Source: Winogradskyella sp. (lineage in GTDB: Bacteria; Bacteroidota; Bacteroidia; Flavobacteriales; Flavobacteriaceae). Taken from it: a stretch of 64,000 nucleotides of DNA. The stretch covers positions 14,125 through 78,124 of the forward strand of contig NZ_CBFHMI010000004.1 of the NCBI RefSeq assembly GCF_965656915.1. Direction: 5' to 3'. Numbering within the stretch: position 1 is the first letter of the stretch; every line of letters begins with the position of its first letter. A model generated the notes under the pieces. The model did not search any database. It had not been told where the DNA came from and saw only the letters and a list, made by a program, of their open reading frames with translations. The position numbers and the translations under genes were made by a program. Shown one piece after another: positions 8,531-18,810 of the stretch.

Positions 8531-9919
8531 CTATCCTTTTAGTTCTGTAAAATATTTGTAAAACCAAGGAATAGTTTCTATACCTTTAAGGTAGTTCCAA
8601 ATACCAAAATGCTCATTTGGTGAATGAATGGCGTCACTATCTAAACCAAAGCCCATTAGAATAGTTTTACTATTTAATTCTTGTTCAAATAGAGTGACAA
8701 TTGGTATACTGCCACCACTTCTTTGTGGAATTGGAGTTTTACCAAAGGTTTCCTCGTAAGCTTTTGAAGCAGCTTTATAACCAATATTATCAATAGGAGT
8801 AACATAGCCTTGTCCGCCATGATGTGGTGTAACCTTTACTCTAACACCTTTAGGTGCAATACTTTCAAAATGAGATTTAAATAATTCAGTAATTTCTTCC
8901 CAATCCTGGTGTGGTACCAGACGCATAGATATTTTTGCATAGGCTTTACTAGCAATTACTGTTTTAGCACCTTCACCAGTGTAACCTCCCCAAACACCAT
9001 TAACATCAAGGGTTGGACGAATAGAATTGCGTTCGTTGGTGGTATATCCTTCTTCACCATAAACAGCATCAATGTCTAAAGCTTTCTTATACGCTTCTAA
9101 TGAAAATGGTGCTTTTGCCATTTCTGAACGTTCAGCTTCTGATAAATTCTCTACTTTATCGTAAAATTCTGGTATGGTAATATGATTGTTTTCATCATGT
9201 AATGAGGCAATCATCTTGGTTAATACATTAATTGGATTCGCTACAGCTCCGCCGTACAAGCCAGAATGTAAATCTCTGTTTGGACCAGTAACTTCTACTT
9301 CAACATAGCTTAATCCTCTTAACCCTGTTGTTATAGATGGCACATCTTTGGCAATCATACCAGTATCAGAAATAAGAATGACATCATTGGCCAGTTTGTC
9401 TCTATTTGCCGCAACAAATTTTCCAAGATTAGCGCTGCCTACTTCTTCTTCACCTTCAATCATAAATTTGACGTTACAAGGTAATTCGTTATGAGCGGTC
9501 ATGTATTCTAAGGCCTTAACATGCATATACATTTGGCCTTTATCATCACAAGCTCCTCTGGCGAAAATGGCACCATCCGGATGCAATTCAGTATTCTGAA
9601 TTACGGGTTCAAAAGGTGGAGAATTCCATAAATCTAAAGGATCTGGTGGTTGCACATCGTAATGACCATAAACAAGAACGGTTGGTAAGTTTTTATCAAT
9701 TATTTTTTCTCCATAAACAATAGGATAACCATCAGTTTCACAAATTTCGACATGATCGCAACCAGCGTTTTCGAGACTAGTTTTTATGACTTCGGCAGTT
9801 TTTAAGACATCATTTCGGTACGCTGAATCTGCACTAATTGAAGGGATTTTTAATAATTCTATAAGTTCATTTAAGAAACGATCTTTATTTTCGTTTATAT
9901 AAGATTTAATGGATTGCAT
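8531..9919 (-). CDS. M20 family dipeptidase
   Basis: YGHYDVQP, RGACDDKGQ, EGEEEVGS, DLHSG, HSPNEHF. Confidence 0.92.
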   Translation of the reverse strand: MQSIKSYINENKDRFLNELIELLKIPSISADSAYRNDVLKTAEVIKTSLENAGCDHVEICETDGYPIVYGEKIIDKNLPTVLVYGHYDVQPPDPLDLWNSPPFEPVIQNTELHPDGAIFARGACDDKGQMYMHVKALEYMTAHNELPCNVKFMIEGEEEVGSANLGKFVAANRDKLANDVILISDTGMIAKDVPSITTGLRGLSYVEVEVTGPNRDLHSGLYGGAVANPINVLTKMIASLHDENNHITIPEFYDKVENLSEAERSEMAKAPFSLEAYKKALDIDAVYGEEGYTTNERNSIRPTLDVNGVWGGYTGEGAKTVIASKAYAKISMRLVPHQDWEEITELFKSHFESIAPKGVRVKVTPHHGGQGYVTPIDNIGYKAASKAYEETFGKTPIPQRSGGSIPIVTLFEQELNSKTILMGFGLDSDAIHSPNEHFGIWNYLKGIETIPWFYKYFTELKG

Positions 9920-10005
9920 ATTAATTTTTGGTTTACTACAAAAATAAGAATTCTAGGATGAATATTTTCTTATTTAATTGCTATTTGAATATTCAAAGTA
10001 TTGTT

Positions 10006-10013
10006 TATATTTG
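10006..10013 (+). promoter_or_regulatory. Bacteroidetes -7 box of the tRNA promoter
   Basis: TATATTTG 11 nt upstream of the tRNA; TTTG at 9984-9987. Confidence 0.65.
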
Positions 10014-10024
10014 CAGTCCTTATT

Positions 10025-10106
10025 GCGGGCGTGGTGGAATTGGTAGACACGCTAGACTTAGGATCTAGTGCCGCGAGGTGTGGGAGTTCGAGTCTCCCCG
10101 CCCGCA
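10025..10106 (+). tRNA. tRNA-Leu (anticodon TAG)
   Basis: GCGGGCG/CGCCCGC acceptor stem, TGGTAGAC D-loop, CTAGA-CTTAGGA-TCTAG anticodon arm, long variable arm, GTTCGAG T-loop; CCA not encoded. Confidence 0.97.
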
Positions 10107-10119
10107 CAAAAAAGAAATT

Positions 10120-10148
10120 AAGCTTCTCATACATTGAGAAGCTTTTTT
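10120..10148 (+). terminator. intrinsic terminator after tRNA
   Basis: AAGCTTCTCA-TACAT-TGAGAAGCTT followed by T tract. Confidence 0.85.
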
Positions 10149-10223
10149 ATGTCTAATCTAAATTCGATTAGAAAGATTTTAGCGCTATTTCAATACGGTC
10201 AATTCTATCCATAATTTCGTTTC

Positions 10224-10270
10224 AAAATGACCAATATCATTTTCCAATTTTAAGAATAAGACTACATTTA
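10224..10270 (+). promoter_or_regulatory. CRP/FNR-like box and -7 element
   Basis: AAAATGA-CCAATA-TCATTTT palindrome centred 29.5 bp upstream of TACATTTA. Confidence 0.5.
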
Positions 10271-10319
10271 TTAACAGGTTAAATTCTAAAGTAAAAATAA
10301 GATTAATCTTTATACAATC

Positions 10320-10790
10320 ATGCGTAGTGCTTGGCTTAAATATAATTGGATAGTGAGATACCAGATGATAGTTTTGGTTCTGCCTTTCCTCTTATTTTCT
10401 TGCTCCGTTTCTTACGAGAAAGACGAGGCTATTCGCTCTTTAAAAGTATTAAACAGTGATATGGTAAATTTAATGACGGTGACTTCTGAAATGTATGAGA
10501 TTGAAGCATTGAAGTTTTTATATAATCAGGCAAATTCCCCTATTCCTTTCAAAAAATCAAAATACAATACAGATAATTCTCCTTTTATAATTGATAGTTT
10601 AAAAGGAACCTATAAATGGAATACAGAGATAAATGACTTTCAATTTAAAAAAGATAAAGATTTTATAGATGTGCACTTTCAATTGCCAGATATACAGAAT
10701 AATTCTTTTCAGATTTTAGATTATAGAAGTAAAGCATATGCTTCAAAACCTGATTTTCCGACCAAAATTATTATGATTGGCCTTTATTAA
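10320..10790 (+). CDS. hypothetical lipoprotein, probably 3'-truncated
   Basis: Lipobox LFSC after a hydrophobic stretch; 3' end overlaps the convergent ORF by 48 bp. Confidence 0.55.
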   Translation: MRSAWLKYNWIVRYQMIVLVLPFLLFSCSVSYEKDEAIRSLKVLNSDMVNLMTVTSEMYEIEALKFLYNQANSPIPFKKSKYNTDNSPFIIDSLKGTYKWNTEINDFQFKKDKDFIDVHFQLPDIQNNSFQILDYRSKAYASKPDFPTKIIMIGLY

Positions 10791-10952
10791 AATTTCTCCT
10801 CGTTTAAATTCAATTTCACCTTCATGTAATTTAATCTCCTTAGAAATAGTATTTTTGGGTAAGCACGTGAGGGTAGCAAAGAATAAAAAAACTAAAAGGG
10901 CAATTATGTTCAACCAAGAATTATTAAAGATATCTACTAATACTTTTTTCAT
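10743..10952 (-). CDS. short membrane-anchored ORF, probably a truncated gene
   Basis: MKK + hydrophobic helix; has its own TAAATTTG -7 box at 10993-11000. Confidence 0.4.
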   Translation of the reverse strand: MKKVLVDIFNNSWLNIIALLVFLFFATLTCLPKNTISKEIKLHEGEIEFKRGEILIKANHNNFGRKIRF

Positions 10953-10992
10953 TTCTATATATGGAACTAATAAGTGATGTTTAATTTCACAT

Positions 10993-11035
10993 CAAATTTA
11001 AGTCTATAATTTAATAGATCTTATGACCTAAGTCA
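10993..11035 (-). promoter_or_regulatory. CRP/FNR-like box and -7 element
   Basis: TGACCTAAGTCA (11024-11035) centred 29.5 bp upstream of minus-strand TAAATTTG. Confidence 0.5.
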
Positions 11036-11106
11036 GTAGCTTTAATTTGTTTACTTTAAAGTCTCATTCAAATAATATTTCGAATTCAAAACAGCTGAAT
11101 GATTTG

Positions 11107-11529
11107 TTATTGTTTATTTTTGAGTTGGGCACGTCGCATAGGCATTCCATCAATAGTAGAGAAGAGTTGGTTTTTTGTGAGGAGTTTATTTTGACTAAGT
11201 TTAATCCCACCATCTAGACCAATAAGTACAATTTTAAAACAATCACCCTCACTGTTATAGGTTTTATATAACCCTGAATTGGTAATCCAGTTATTTGAGT
11301 TTAACTTATATTTAGAGGGAAGAACTTTATATACAACAAGTTGCCGTTCATCTAATCCCTCATGGTCTAATTCTAATTCTTTTATTTGTTCTTTAAACAA
11401 TTCTGAGGTTTCACTGTTTGAAATAATAAGGATGATTCGATTTTTCCATTTATAATCTTTTAAGTCTTGACCAGATAAATTCATAGTAATGCTTATAAAC
11501 AATAATAGTACGATGATTCGCTTTAACAT
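11107..11529 (-). CDS. DUF4174 protein
   Basis: Y.WKNRII; F.IVLIGLDGGIK; F..IDGMPMRR. Confidence 0.88.
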   Translation of the reverse strand: MLKRIIVLLLFISITMNLSGQDLKDYKWKNRIILIISNSETSELFKEQIKELELDHEGLDERQLVVYKVLPSKYKLNSNNWITNSGLYKTYNSEGDCFKIVLIGLDGGIKLSQNKLLTKNQLFSTIDGMPMRRAQLKNKQ

Positions 11530-11564
11530 GATGAAACTTATATTTCTGCGCTGTAATTAATTAT

Positions 11565-14012
11565 TTAATTATCGGTAATAGATTTCAACTTTAATTTCGC
11601 ATTTTTTAATCCTTTTCCTGTAACAATTAAATTAATTTCGCCTACATTTTCTGTGGACTGAATAAGTACTACTAATTTACCACTAAATAATTTCATAGTT
11701 GGCAAATGAAATAGTTCTAAAGAAGTTGCATCTCCATTACAAGCAGCTCTGAAAATGCCTTTTCCACTAACTTTAAATTTTAATTGATTTGTCGCTGTAG
11801 GACATGGATTTCCATTTTTGTCTACAACAGAAACCGTAACAAATGCTAAATCTTCACCATTAGCTTTTAATGTTTTTACATCTGAATTTAAGACGATCTG
11901 ATGCGGTTTTCCAGCAGTTTTAATTTCTTTTTCTTCTGCAGGATTTCCATTCTTGTCTAGCGCAACAACTTTTAATGTTCCTGGTTTGTATTTAACATCC
12001 ATCCACATTAAGCGATAGCGATTTTGAGGCGTTTCGTTATTTTTCTTTTGAATTCCTAAACTTTTACCATTTAAAAATAATTCTGCACTATCATAACTCG
12101 TATAAACAAAAACAGGTGTGATTTCACCTTCACGACCTTCCCAGTTCCAATGTGGCAAAATATGTAGGGTTTCATCATTCGTGTTCCATCGGCTTCTGTA
12201 AAGGTAATATCTGTCTTTTGGTAAACCTGCTAAATCATTAATTCCAAAATACGAACTACGAGAAGGCCAAGCTTCATCATAAGGAGTAGGTTCACCTAAA
12301 TAGTCAAAACCAGTCCAGACAAACTCTCCAATAACCCAAGGTTTATCATCTTGTAAAACAAAATCATCATCAGGTAAATTAGACCAACTGCAGTATTCTA
12401 AATCGTAGGATGAAGACTGAAAATCATCATAGGTCTTCATAATACCCTTTTCAACAGGAAACTTGTAAATTCCTCTTGAGCTCACTGTTGAAGCGGTTTC
12501 AGAACCTAATAGGAATCCTTGTGGAAATTTCTCATAAGCTTCTTCATATAAATGCACGCGATAGTTTAACCCAGGTATATCTAGCAAAGCACCAAATCCA
12601 GATTCCATAGTTGCTTCCACCTGATCCATACCAACAGTTACTGGTCGTGTTGGATCTTCTCTATGAAAAATGTCTTGTAACCACTTCGCACGTTTTACAC
12701 CTTCGGTTCCCCATTGATCTGGGACTTCGTTACCAGAACTCCACATGACTATTGATGGATGATTACGTGTGGCGTGTACGAGATTAACGACGTCTTTTTC
12801 TGCATAATCTTCAAAAAAACGATTGTATCCATTTTCTACTTTAGGTTTTGCCCATTCATCAAAACTTTCAGCTAAAAACATAAAACCCATTTCATCACAT
12901 AGTTCAAGCTGTTCAATAGAGGGCATATTGTGGGAGCTTCTTATAGCATCACATCCCATATCTTTAAGAATACGCAATTGTCGGCGCAAAGCAGCTGTAT
13001 TTACTGCAGTTCCAATGGGGCCTAAATCGTGATGTAAACAAACTCCTTTAAATTTTCTTACCTCACCATTTAAACTAAATCCTGTTTTTTGGTCGTAGTT
13101 AATGCTTCGAATACCAAAACGTTTTGTGGTTTCATCCTTTAATTCATTTCCAGAATATAATTGAGAAACAGCGGTATATAAGTAAGGAGTTTCAGGACTC
13201 CATAGATTAGGCTTTTCTACAGTAATATTTTGGTCAAACTCGTCATCAAATGGTACTGTAGTCTCATTAGAATTGACTTTTTTGCCATCAGCATTATAAA
13301 TGGTAGTCAATAATTTTAAGTTCTCTCCAGAAGCTTTAGTTTTAATGTTGACTTTAGCTAATTCTTTAGTAATGATAGGTGTTGTTATAAAAGTTCCCCA
13401 TTGCTTAATGTGGTTTTTATCTTTTACTATGACTTGCACTTTTCTGTACAAACCCGCTCCAGGATACCAACGTGAAGACAATCCAACATTGGTTAATTTT
13501 ACGGCTAATGTGTTTTTGTTCGTATCATTGATATAGTCTGTAATGTCGAAATAAAAATAACTGTATCCATATTTCCATTCCCCAACTTTTTTACCATTTA
13601 AAAATACTTCTGGTTCACTCATGGCACCTTCAAAAAGAATCAAAACTTTTTTGTTCCTATTAAAGTGTGACAATGAAAACTCATTTCTATACCACGCTTC
13701 ACCAATATATGGTAATGCACCAGTTCTTCCAGTTTTTTCAGTTGCTATGTTCTCACCATTTTGTGTTATGGCGACTTTCTGAATATCAATTTCTTTATTA
13801 AAAGGGCCTTTAATTGCCCAATCGTGAGGAACGGTTACTGTTTCCCATTTAGAAGCATCAAACTTTGAATTTATTGCTTCAGGATGATGTCCTTTGTTGA
13901 ATTTCCAGTCTTTTTTTAAGGTGATTATTTCTCTAGTTTGGGCTTCAGTAAAAAACATTCCAGAGATTAGTATGAGAAAAATTAGAATTGAGTTTAGTTT
14001 ACATCTAGTCAT
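11565..14012 (-). CDS. GH2 beta-galactosidase
   Basis: VPHDWAI, RWYPGAGLYR, GVCLHHDLG, AIRSSHN, WSSGNE, SETAS, WTGFDYLGE. Confidence 0.92.
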   Translation of the reverse strand: MTRCKLNSILIFLILISGMFFTEAQTREIITLKKDWKFNKGHHPEAINSKFDASKWETVTVPHDWAIKGPFNKEIDIQKVAITQNGENIATEKTGRTGALPYIGEAWYRNEFSLSHFNRNKKVLILFEGAMSEPEVFLNGKKVGEWKYGYSYFYFDITDYINDTNKNTLAVKLTNVGLSSRWYPGAGLYRKVQVIVKDKNHIKQWGTFITTPIITKELAKVNIKTKASGENLKLLTTIYNADGKKVNSNETTVPFDDEFDQNITVEKPNLWSPETPYLYTAVSQLYSGNELKDETTKRFGIRSINYDQKTGFSLNGEVRKFKGVCLHHDLGPIGTAVNTAALRRQLRILKDMGCDAIRSSHNMPSIEQLELCDEMGFMFLAESFDEWAKPKVENGYNRFFEDYAEKDVVNLVHATRNHPSIVMWSSGNEVPDQWGTEGVKRAKWLQDIFHREDPTRPVTVGMDQVEATMESGFGALLDIPGLNYRVHLYEEAYEKFPQGFLLGSETASTVSSRGIYKFPVEKGIMKTYDDFQSSSYDLEYCSWSNLPDDDFVLQDDKPWVIGEFVWTGFDYLGEPTPYDEAWPSRSSYFGINDLAGLPKDRYYLYRSRWNTNDETLHILPHWNWEGREGEITPVFVYTSYDSAELFLNGKSLGIQKKNNETPQNRYRLMWMDVKYKPGTLKVVALDKNGNPAEEKEIKTAGKPHQIVLNSDVKTLKANGEDLAFVTVSVVDKNGNPCPTATNQLKFKVSGKGIFRAACNGDATSLELFHLPTMKLFSGKLVVLIQSTENVGEINLIVTGKGLKNAKLKLKSITDN

Positions 14013-15168
14013 TTAGTGAAGCATTATAAAATTGCATACCCAAAGTAGCCTGATTATTGTTGTCAAAAAGTGTGGCATTATCCCAATGCGATCCTTGAGC
14101 CCATAAAGTATAACAGCCTGTAGAAACCCATGCAGGTTCCCAATAAACCAAACCTTGTCCACCTGCATTTTCTATTACTGATTTTAGCTGGTTAAGGTAG
14201 TCTAACTGTCCTTGTTGAGAAGCAGGATAGCCATTTATCAGTGCAGATGACCCTAAGATATTGTTAGCATTATCTGCATTTTCTAAGGTAAATGGATATG
14301 CAGTTTCAACAACCATAAGTTTTTTATTATAAGTATTTATTAATGTTGAAAGTGGTGTCTGAACATCATCTAAGCTGTAATCTGACCAAAGTGGATAGTA
14401 GGACAATCCAATCCAGTCAAAATCTGTAACACCATTATCAGTGGCCTGTTCAAACCACCAAAGACCGTTTTCAGGTTGTGCGATATGAAGCATGACTTCA
14501 ATATCTTCATTTTCAGCTTCAGCAATGGCTCTAACAGCTGAAATACCTTTGTTTATCAATGCCGAATTTCTTACCCAATCGATAGGCCAAACTAAATCAC
14601 CATCTTGAAGAATCATAGGATTAATCTCATTACCAACTTGCACAATATCTGGAAGTAAACCTTCATTAGATAACTCTAATAACGTGTTGTAAGTGTAATT
14701 GTATAGTAAATTTCCTAAGGCGTCTGTGTCATTAATTGAGTTCAACCAAGCAGCTGGTATTTGTTGTTTAGATGGATCTGCCCAAGTATCTGAATAGTGA
14801 AAATCTAATAGCACTTCCATACCTTGATTTTTTGCGTGCTGTATGGATTTTTTTACATCTTGAAAATTTGAGTAGTTGGTCCATGTAGGATTATGCCATA
14901 ATCTTAATCGTACAAGATTTGCTCCTTTATTTTTAAAAATTACATATGGATCTTGCGCATTACCATTACTGTTTTTGTAAGTGGCTCCACAATCTTCCAT
15001 TTCATTAACATAAGACAAATCTGCTCCATAATAAAATGCGGTTGGTGTTTCATTTATATCATCACCATCGCTAGAACTATTATCTGAACAGCCATTTGCA
15101 CTAAGTAGCATTAGAGCCATGATGGCTAGTACTGTAAGGTAATGCACTTTTAATTTAGAATTTATCAT
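14005..15168 (-). CDS. GH53 endo-beta-1,4-galactanase (lipoprotein)
   Basis: GADLSY, RLRLWHNP, LDFHYSDTWADP, QVGNE, GLSYYP, ETAYP, YWEPAW; lipobox ANGC. Confidence 0.93.
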   Translation of the reverse strand: MINSKLKVHYLTVLAIMALMLLSANGCSDNSSSDGDDINETPTAFYYGADLSYVNEMEDCGATYKNSNGNAQDPYVIFKNKGANLVRLRLWHNPTWTNYSNFQDVKKSIQHAKNQGMEVLLDFHYSDTWADPSKQQIPAAWLNSINDTDALGNLLYNYTYNTLLELSNEGLLPDIVQVGNEINPMILQDGDLVWPIDWVRNSALINKGISAVRAIAEAENEDIEVMLHIAQPENGLWWFEQATDNGVTDFDWIGLSYYPLWSDYSLDDVQTPLSTLINTYNKKLMVVETAYPFTLENADNANNILGSSALINGYPASQQGQLDYLNQLKSVIENAGGQGLVYWEPAWVSTGCYTLWAQGSHWDNATLFDNNNQATLGMQFYNASLND

Positions 15169-15212
15169 AATTCACTGAGCTTTGCGCTAATTTAATAAAA
15201 TAATTTTCACAA

Positions 15213-15232
15213 ACCTACCAGTACCTACCAGT
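15213..15232. promoter_or_regulatory. tandem direct repeat ACCTACCAGT x2, candidate GntR operator
   Basis: Perfect 10-bp tandem between divergent GH53 and GntR genes, flanked by -7 boxes at 15187-15194 (-) and 15240-15247 (+). Confidence 0.5.
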
Positions 15233-15251
15233 TTTTAAATATATTTGTTTT

Positions 15252-16250
15252 GTGAGCATTATTAGTATTGATAAAAATCTAGGAATACCTAAGTATAGGC
15301 AAATCATTCAATCTGTAGAGGATGGTTTGGAGCATGGTCATCTCAAAAAAGGGGACAAGTTACCTTCAGTAAATAGTATTAAGAACAGGTTTTCCCTTTC
15401 CAGAGATACGGTTTTTACAGCTTTTAATGAATTAAAGAAGCGAGGAATTATAGAATCGGTTGTTGGTAAAGGCTATTATATAAAAACAGAAGATGTTAAG
15501 ATTACCAAAAAAGTTTTCTTATTATTTGATGAACTCAATGCCTTTAAAGAAGACTTGTATAATGCGTTTATAGATGCTTTTGGTTCTAATTTTCAGGTAG
15601 ATATTTTCTTTCATCATTTTAACGAAACTATTTTTAAGAAACTCATCAATGACAATGTAGGTAATTATAATTACTACGTTATAATGCCAGCAAATTTTCA
15701 AAATGCAGCAGAAGTTTTAAGCGAATTGCCAAAAGAAGCGGTGTTTGTATTAGACCAAACTAATGAAAGGTTAAAAGATTATGCTTGTGTTTTTCAAAAT
15801 TTTGAAAAGAATGTTTTTAATGGTTTGAAAGACTTGGAGCCTTATATAAAAATATACAATACGGTCGTTTTTATAAAATCTAAATCGCAACAACCAGATG
15901 CCATTTTAAAAGGATTTAATCACTTTTGTCAATCGAGTATAATTCCTAAGAATGAAATTTTAGAGCTTGACAATTGTAAACCCAAGCAAGGTGATATTTA
16001 TTTTGTTTTGGACGATAGAAGTTTAATTGTTTTGATAAAGAGAATCCAAATTGAAAATTTAGTAGTTGGAAAAGATGTTGGAATTATAGCTTATAATGAT
16101 TCACTTTTAAAAGAGATTGTTGAAGGCGGAATTACTACGATTTCTACAAACTTTACTTTAATGGGTCAGTTGATGGCAAAAATGATATTGGAGGAAGAAT
16201 TCGCTCAACTCGAAAACCCGAATACCGTAATTGTTAGAAAATCACTATAA
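15252..16250 (+). CDS. GntR-family regulator with sugar-binding C-terminal domain
   Basis: PKYRQI...GDKLPSVN...SRDTV..A..EL..RG......GKGYY wHTH; GIIAYND...GITTISTNF..MG. Confidence 0.9.
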   Translation: MSIISIDKNLGIPKYRQIIQSVEDGLEHGHLKKGDKLPSVNSIKNRFSLSRDTVFTAFNELKKRGIIESVVGKGYYIKTEDVKITKKVFLLFDELNAFKEDLYNAFIDAFGSNFQVDIFFHHFNETIFKKLINDNVGNYNYYVIMPANFQNAAEVLSELPKEAVFVLDQTNERLKDYACVFQNFEKNVFNGLKDLEPYIKIYNTVVFIKSKSQQPDAILKGFNHFCQSSIIPKNEILELDNCKPKQGDIYFVLDDRSLIVLIKRIQIENLVVGKDVGIIAYNDSLLKEIVEGGITTISTNFTLMGQLMAKMILEEEFAQLENPNTVIVRKSL

Positions 16251-16253
16251 GTT

Positions 16254-17147
16254 TTGTATAACATAGTAACAGAAAATACAACAATGGACTACTTGGTTTT
16301 AACAAGTTCTGATACTGGCAACATAGTAAAAATCTGTTTGAATGAAGGAGGACGTATTACTAATTTAATTATAAATAGGACTGAAATTATTACTGATAAA
16401 ACTAACAGAAAATATACAGAAGATTTTACGTCAGCGATTTTATTTCCTTTTGCAAATAGAATTAAGAATGGGGAATATATATTTAATGAAACTAAGTACA
16501 AATTACATTGTAACGAGAAATCGGGTAAAAATGCGATCCACGGATTGGTTTACGATAAATACTTTGAAGTTGTCAGTAAAGAAGCTAATCAAGATTTTGC
16601 AAGTGTAACTTTAAGCTATGAAGAACGTGATGGCTGTGATGGTTTCCCTTTTAAATACGCTATTATTTTAAAATACACTTTAAATAAAGATGGCCTTTCT
16701 CTTAAACTAGCAGCAAAGAATATAGATGAGAAATCTTTTCCATATACAATGGGATGGCATCCTTATTTTTTAAGTTCAGATTTAAGTAAAAGTAAACTAT
16801 CCTTTCAGAGTAAGAAAAAATTTAAAATTGATTCGAATGGGATTGTAATTGATAAAGAAGATTTTAGTGAAGACATGGCAATAGATCTAAAGCATAAAAC
16901 TTTTGATGATGCTTTTGTTTTAGATTCGCATATAGTCAACTTTATAACGCCTTCGTATCAGCTTCAACTAAAATCATCAGCCATCAATAAATTTTTGCAA
17001 ATTTACACACCACAAGATACAGAAGCTATAGCCATTGAACCTATGACAGGTGTTGCTGATAGTTTTAATAACCAAATTGGAAAACAAGTATTAAAACCTA
17101 ATGAAGAGGTGACTACAGAGTGGACAATCAAAATTTCAACTAACTAA
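16254..17147 (+). CDS. aldose 1-epimerase family protein
   Basis: LFPFANRI, AIHGL, GWHPYF, IAIEPMT. Confidence 0.88.
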   Translation: MYNIVTENTTMDYLVLTSSDTGNIVKICLNEGGRITNLIINRTEIITDKTNRKYTEDFTSAILFPFANRIKNGEYIFNETKYKLHCNEKSGKNAIHGLVYDKYFEVVSKEANQDFASVTLSYEERDGCDGFPFKYAIILKYTLNKDGLSLKLAAKNIDEKSFPYTMGWHPYFLSSDLSKSKLSFQSKKKFKIDSNGIVIDKEDFSEDMAIDLKHKTFDDAFVLDSHIVNFITPSYQLQLKSSAINKFLQIYTPQDTEAIAIEPMTGVADSFNNQIGKQVLKPNEEVTTEWTIKISTN

Positions 17148-17160
17148 CTAAAAATAAATT

Positions 17161-18807
17161 ATGCAATTTTTGACATTTATCGGTTTTACACTTATTGTTG
17201 CGATAATCTCCTATATAAAAACCAGAAAAACTGAGGAATCAACTTCCGATGGCTATTTTCTTGGTGGTCGGAGTTTAACAGCCGGAGTCATTGCAGGTTC
17301 TTTATTACTGACCAACTTATCTACAGAGCAAATTGTTGGTTTAAACGGGTCGGCATATCAAAGTGGACTATCCGTAATGGTCTGGGAAACGCTTGCGGCT
17401 ATAGCAATGGTTGTTACAGCCATATTTTTACTGCCCAGATATTTAAAAGGAGGATTAACAACAGTTCCAGGATTTTTAGCAAAACGTTTTGATGTATCAA
17501 CTAAAACATTAACCTCCGTACTATTTTTATCAGGCTATGTCGTGGTGTTACTTCCAGTAATTTTGTATTCTGGTTCTTTAGCAATTAGCGGCATGTTTAA
17601 TGTCCCTGAGTTGTTGAGTGTAACGCATACACAATCGATATGGATTTGCGTTTGGGGCATTGGAATAGTTGGTTCTATTTATGCTGTTTTTGGTGGGTTA
17701 AAAGCTGTGGCAGTTTCAGATTCTATCAATGCTATTGGGTTGTTAATTGGTGGTATTTTAATACCAATTTTTGGGTTAATGATGATTGGTGATGGCAATC
17801 TTTTAGATGGGCTTTCAATCTTAACAACCGAGAATCCGGAAAAATTTAAATCCATGGGAAGTAAAACAGATCCTGTTCCCTTCTATACCATTTTTACAGG
17901 AATGATGTTGGTACAATTATTTTATTGGGGAACCAACCAACAAATTATTCAAAGAGCTCTGGGTGCTAAAGATTTAAAAGAAGGTCAAAAGGGATTATTA
18001 TTGGCCTCATTCATAAAAATATTAGGTCCTATTATCGTGGTGTTACCTGGCTTAATCGCATTTCATGTCTTTCAAGGTAATTTAGAAACAGCAGATAGCG
18101 CTTATCCAATGTTAGTAAATAAAGTATTGCCTAATACCTGGATTGGTTTCTTTGCCGCAGTATTATTTGGTGCTATTTTAAGTTCTTTTAATAGTGTTTT
18201 AAATAGTTCGGTAACGTTATTCGGGATTGATGTGTACAAACAGCACATTAATAAAGATGCTGATGAAAAAACAGTTGTAAAGTATGGTAAGCTGTTTGGG
18301 GTAATTTTGGCAATTGCCGCTATGTTTATTGCTCCATTAATTGCCAATGCAGGAAGTCTGTTTGATTATTTACAAGAAATAAACGGTATTTATAGTATTC
18401 CAATTTTAACCATCATTGTTGTTGGTTATTTAACGAAGCGCGTTCCTGCGATTGCAGCAAAAATTGGTTTGGTTTCAGGTTGTGTACTATATATTCTTAG
18501 TCAGTTTATTTTACAACCTTATTTTGTTGAGAATGCTATAGAAAAAGCTAAAGGATCTGGGATTACAGACGAAACCGCATTAGCATTAACCGAAGCGCAG
18601 GCCTATCCACATTTCTTAGATGTTATGGCTATTTTATTTCTGTTAAACATTGGTATTATGTTACTGGTAGGAAAACTCTATCCAAGAAAAGAAGATTATA
18701 TCCAGGAATATACAAAGCAGGTCGATATTACACCATGGAAATATGTAAAACAAGCAGGACTGCTGATCTGCGTCATCGTAATTGGCGTTTATATTTATTT
18801 TTCATAA
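17161..18807 (+). CDS. sodium:solute symporter (YidK-like sugar transporter)
   Basis: YFLGGRSL, SLLLTNLSTEQIVG, GGLKAVA.SD, NQQIIQRAL; many TMs. Confidence 0.92.
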   Translation: MQFLTFIGFTLIVAIISYIKTRKTEESTSDGYFLGGRSLTAGVIAGSLLLTNLSTEQIVGLNGSAYQSGLSVMVWETLAAIAMVVTAIFLLPRYLKGGLTTVPGFLAKRFDVSTKTLTSVLFLSGYVVVLLPVILYSGSLAISGMFNVPELLSVTHTQSIWICVWGIGIVGSIYAVFGGLKAVAVSDSINAIGLLIGGILIPIFGLMMIGDGNLLDGLSILTTENPEKFKSMGSKTDPVPFYTIFTGMMLVQLFYWGTNQQIIQRALGAKDLKEGQKGLLLASFIKILGPIIVVLPGLIAFHVFQGNLETADSAYPMLVNKVLPNTWIGFFAAVLFGAILSSFNSVLNSSVTLFGIDVYKQHINKDADEKTVVKYGKLFGVILAIAAMFIAPLIANAGSLFDYLQEINGIYSIPILTIIVVGYLTKRVPAIAAKIGLVSGCVLYILSQFILQPYFVENAIEKAKGSGITDETALALTEAQAYPHFLDVMAILFLLNIGIMLLVGKLYPRKEDYIQEYTKQVDITPWKYVKQAGLLICVIVIGVYIYFS

Positions 18808-18810
18808 TTA

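Noticed and set aside
10025-11100. Integrated element at tRNA-Leu
   Set aside because: No integrase gene, and no second copy of the tRNA 3' end was found in the window
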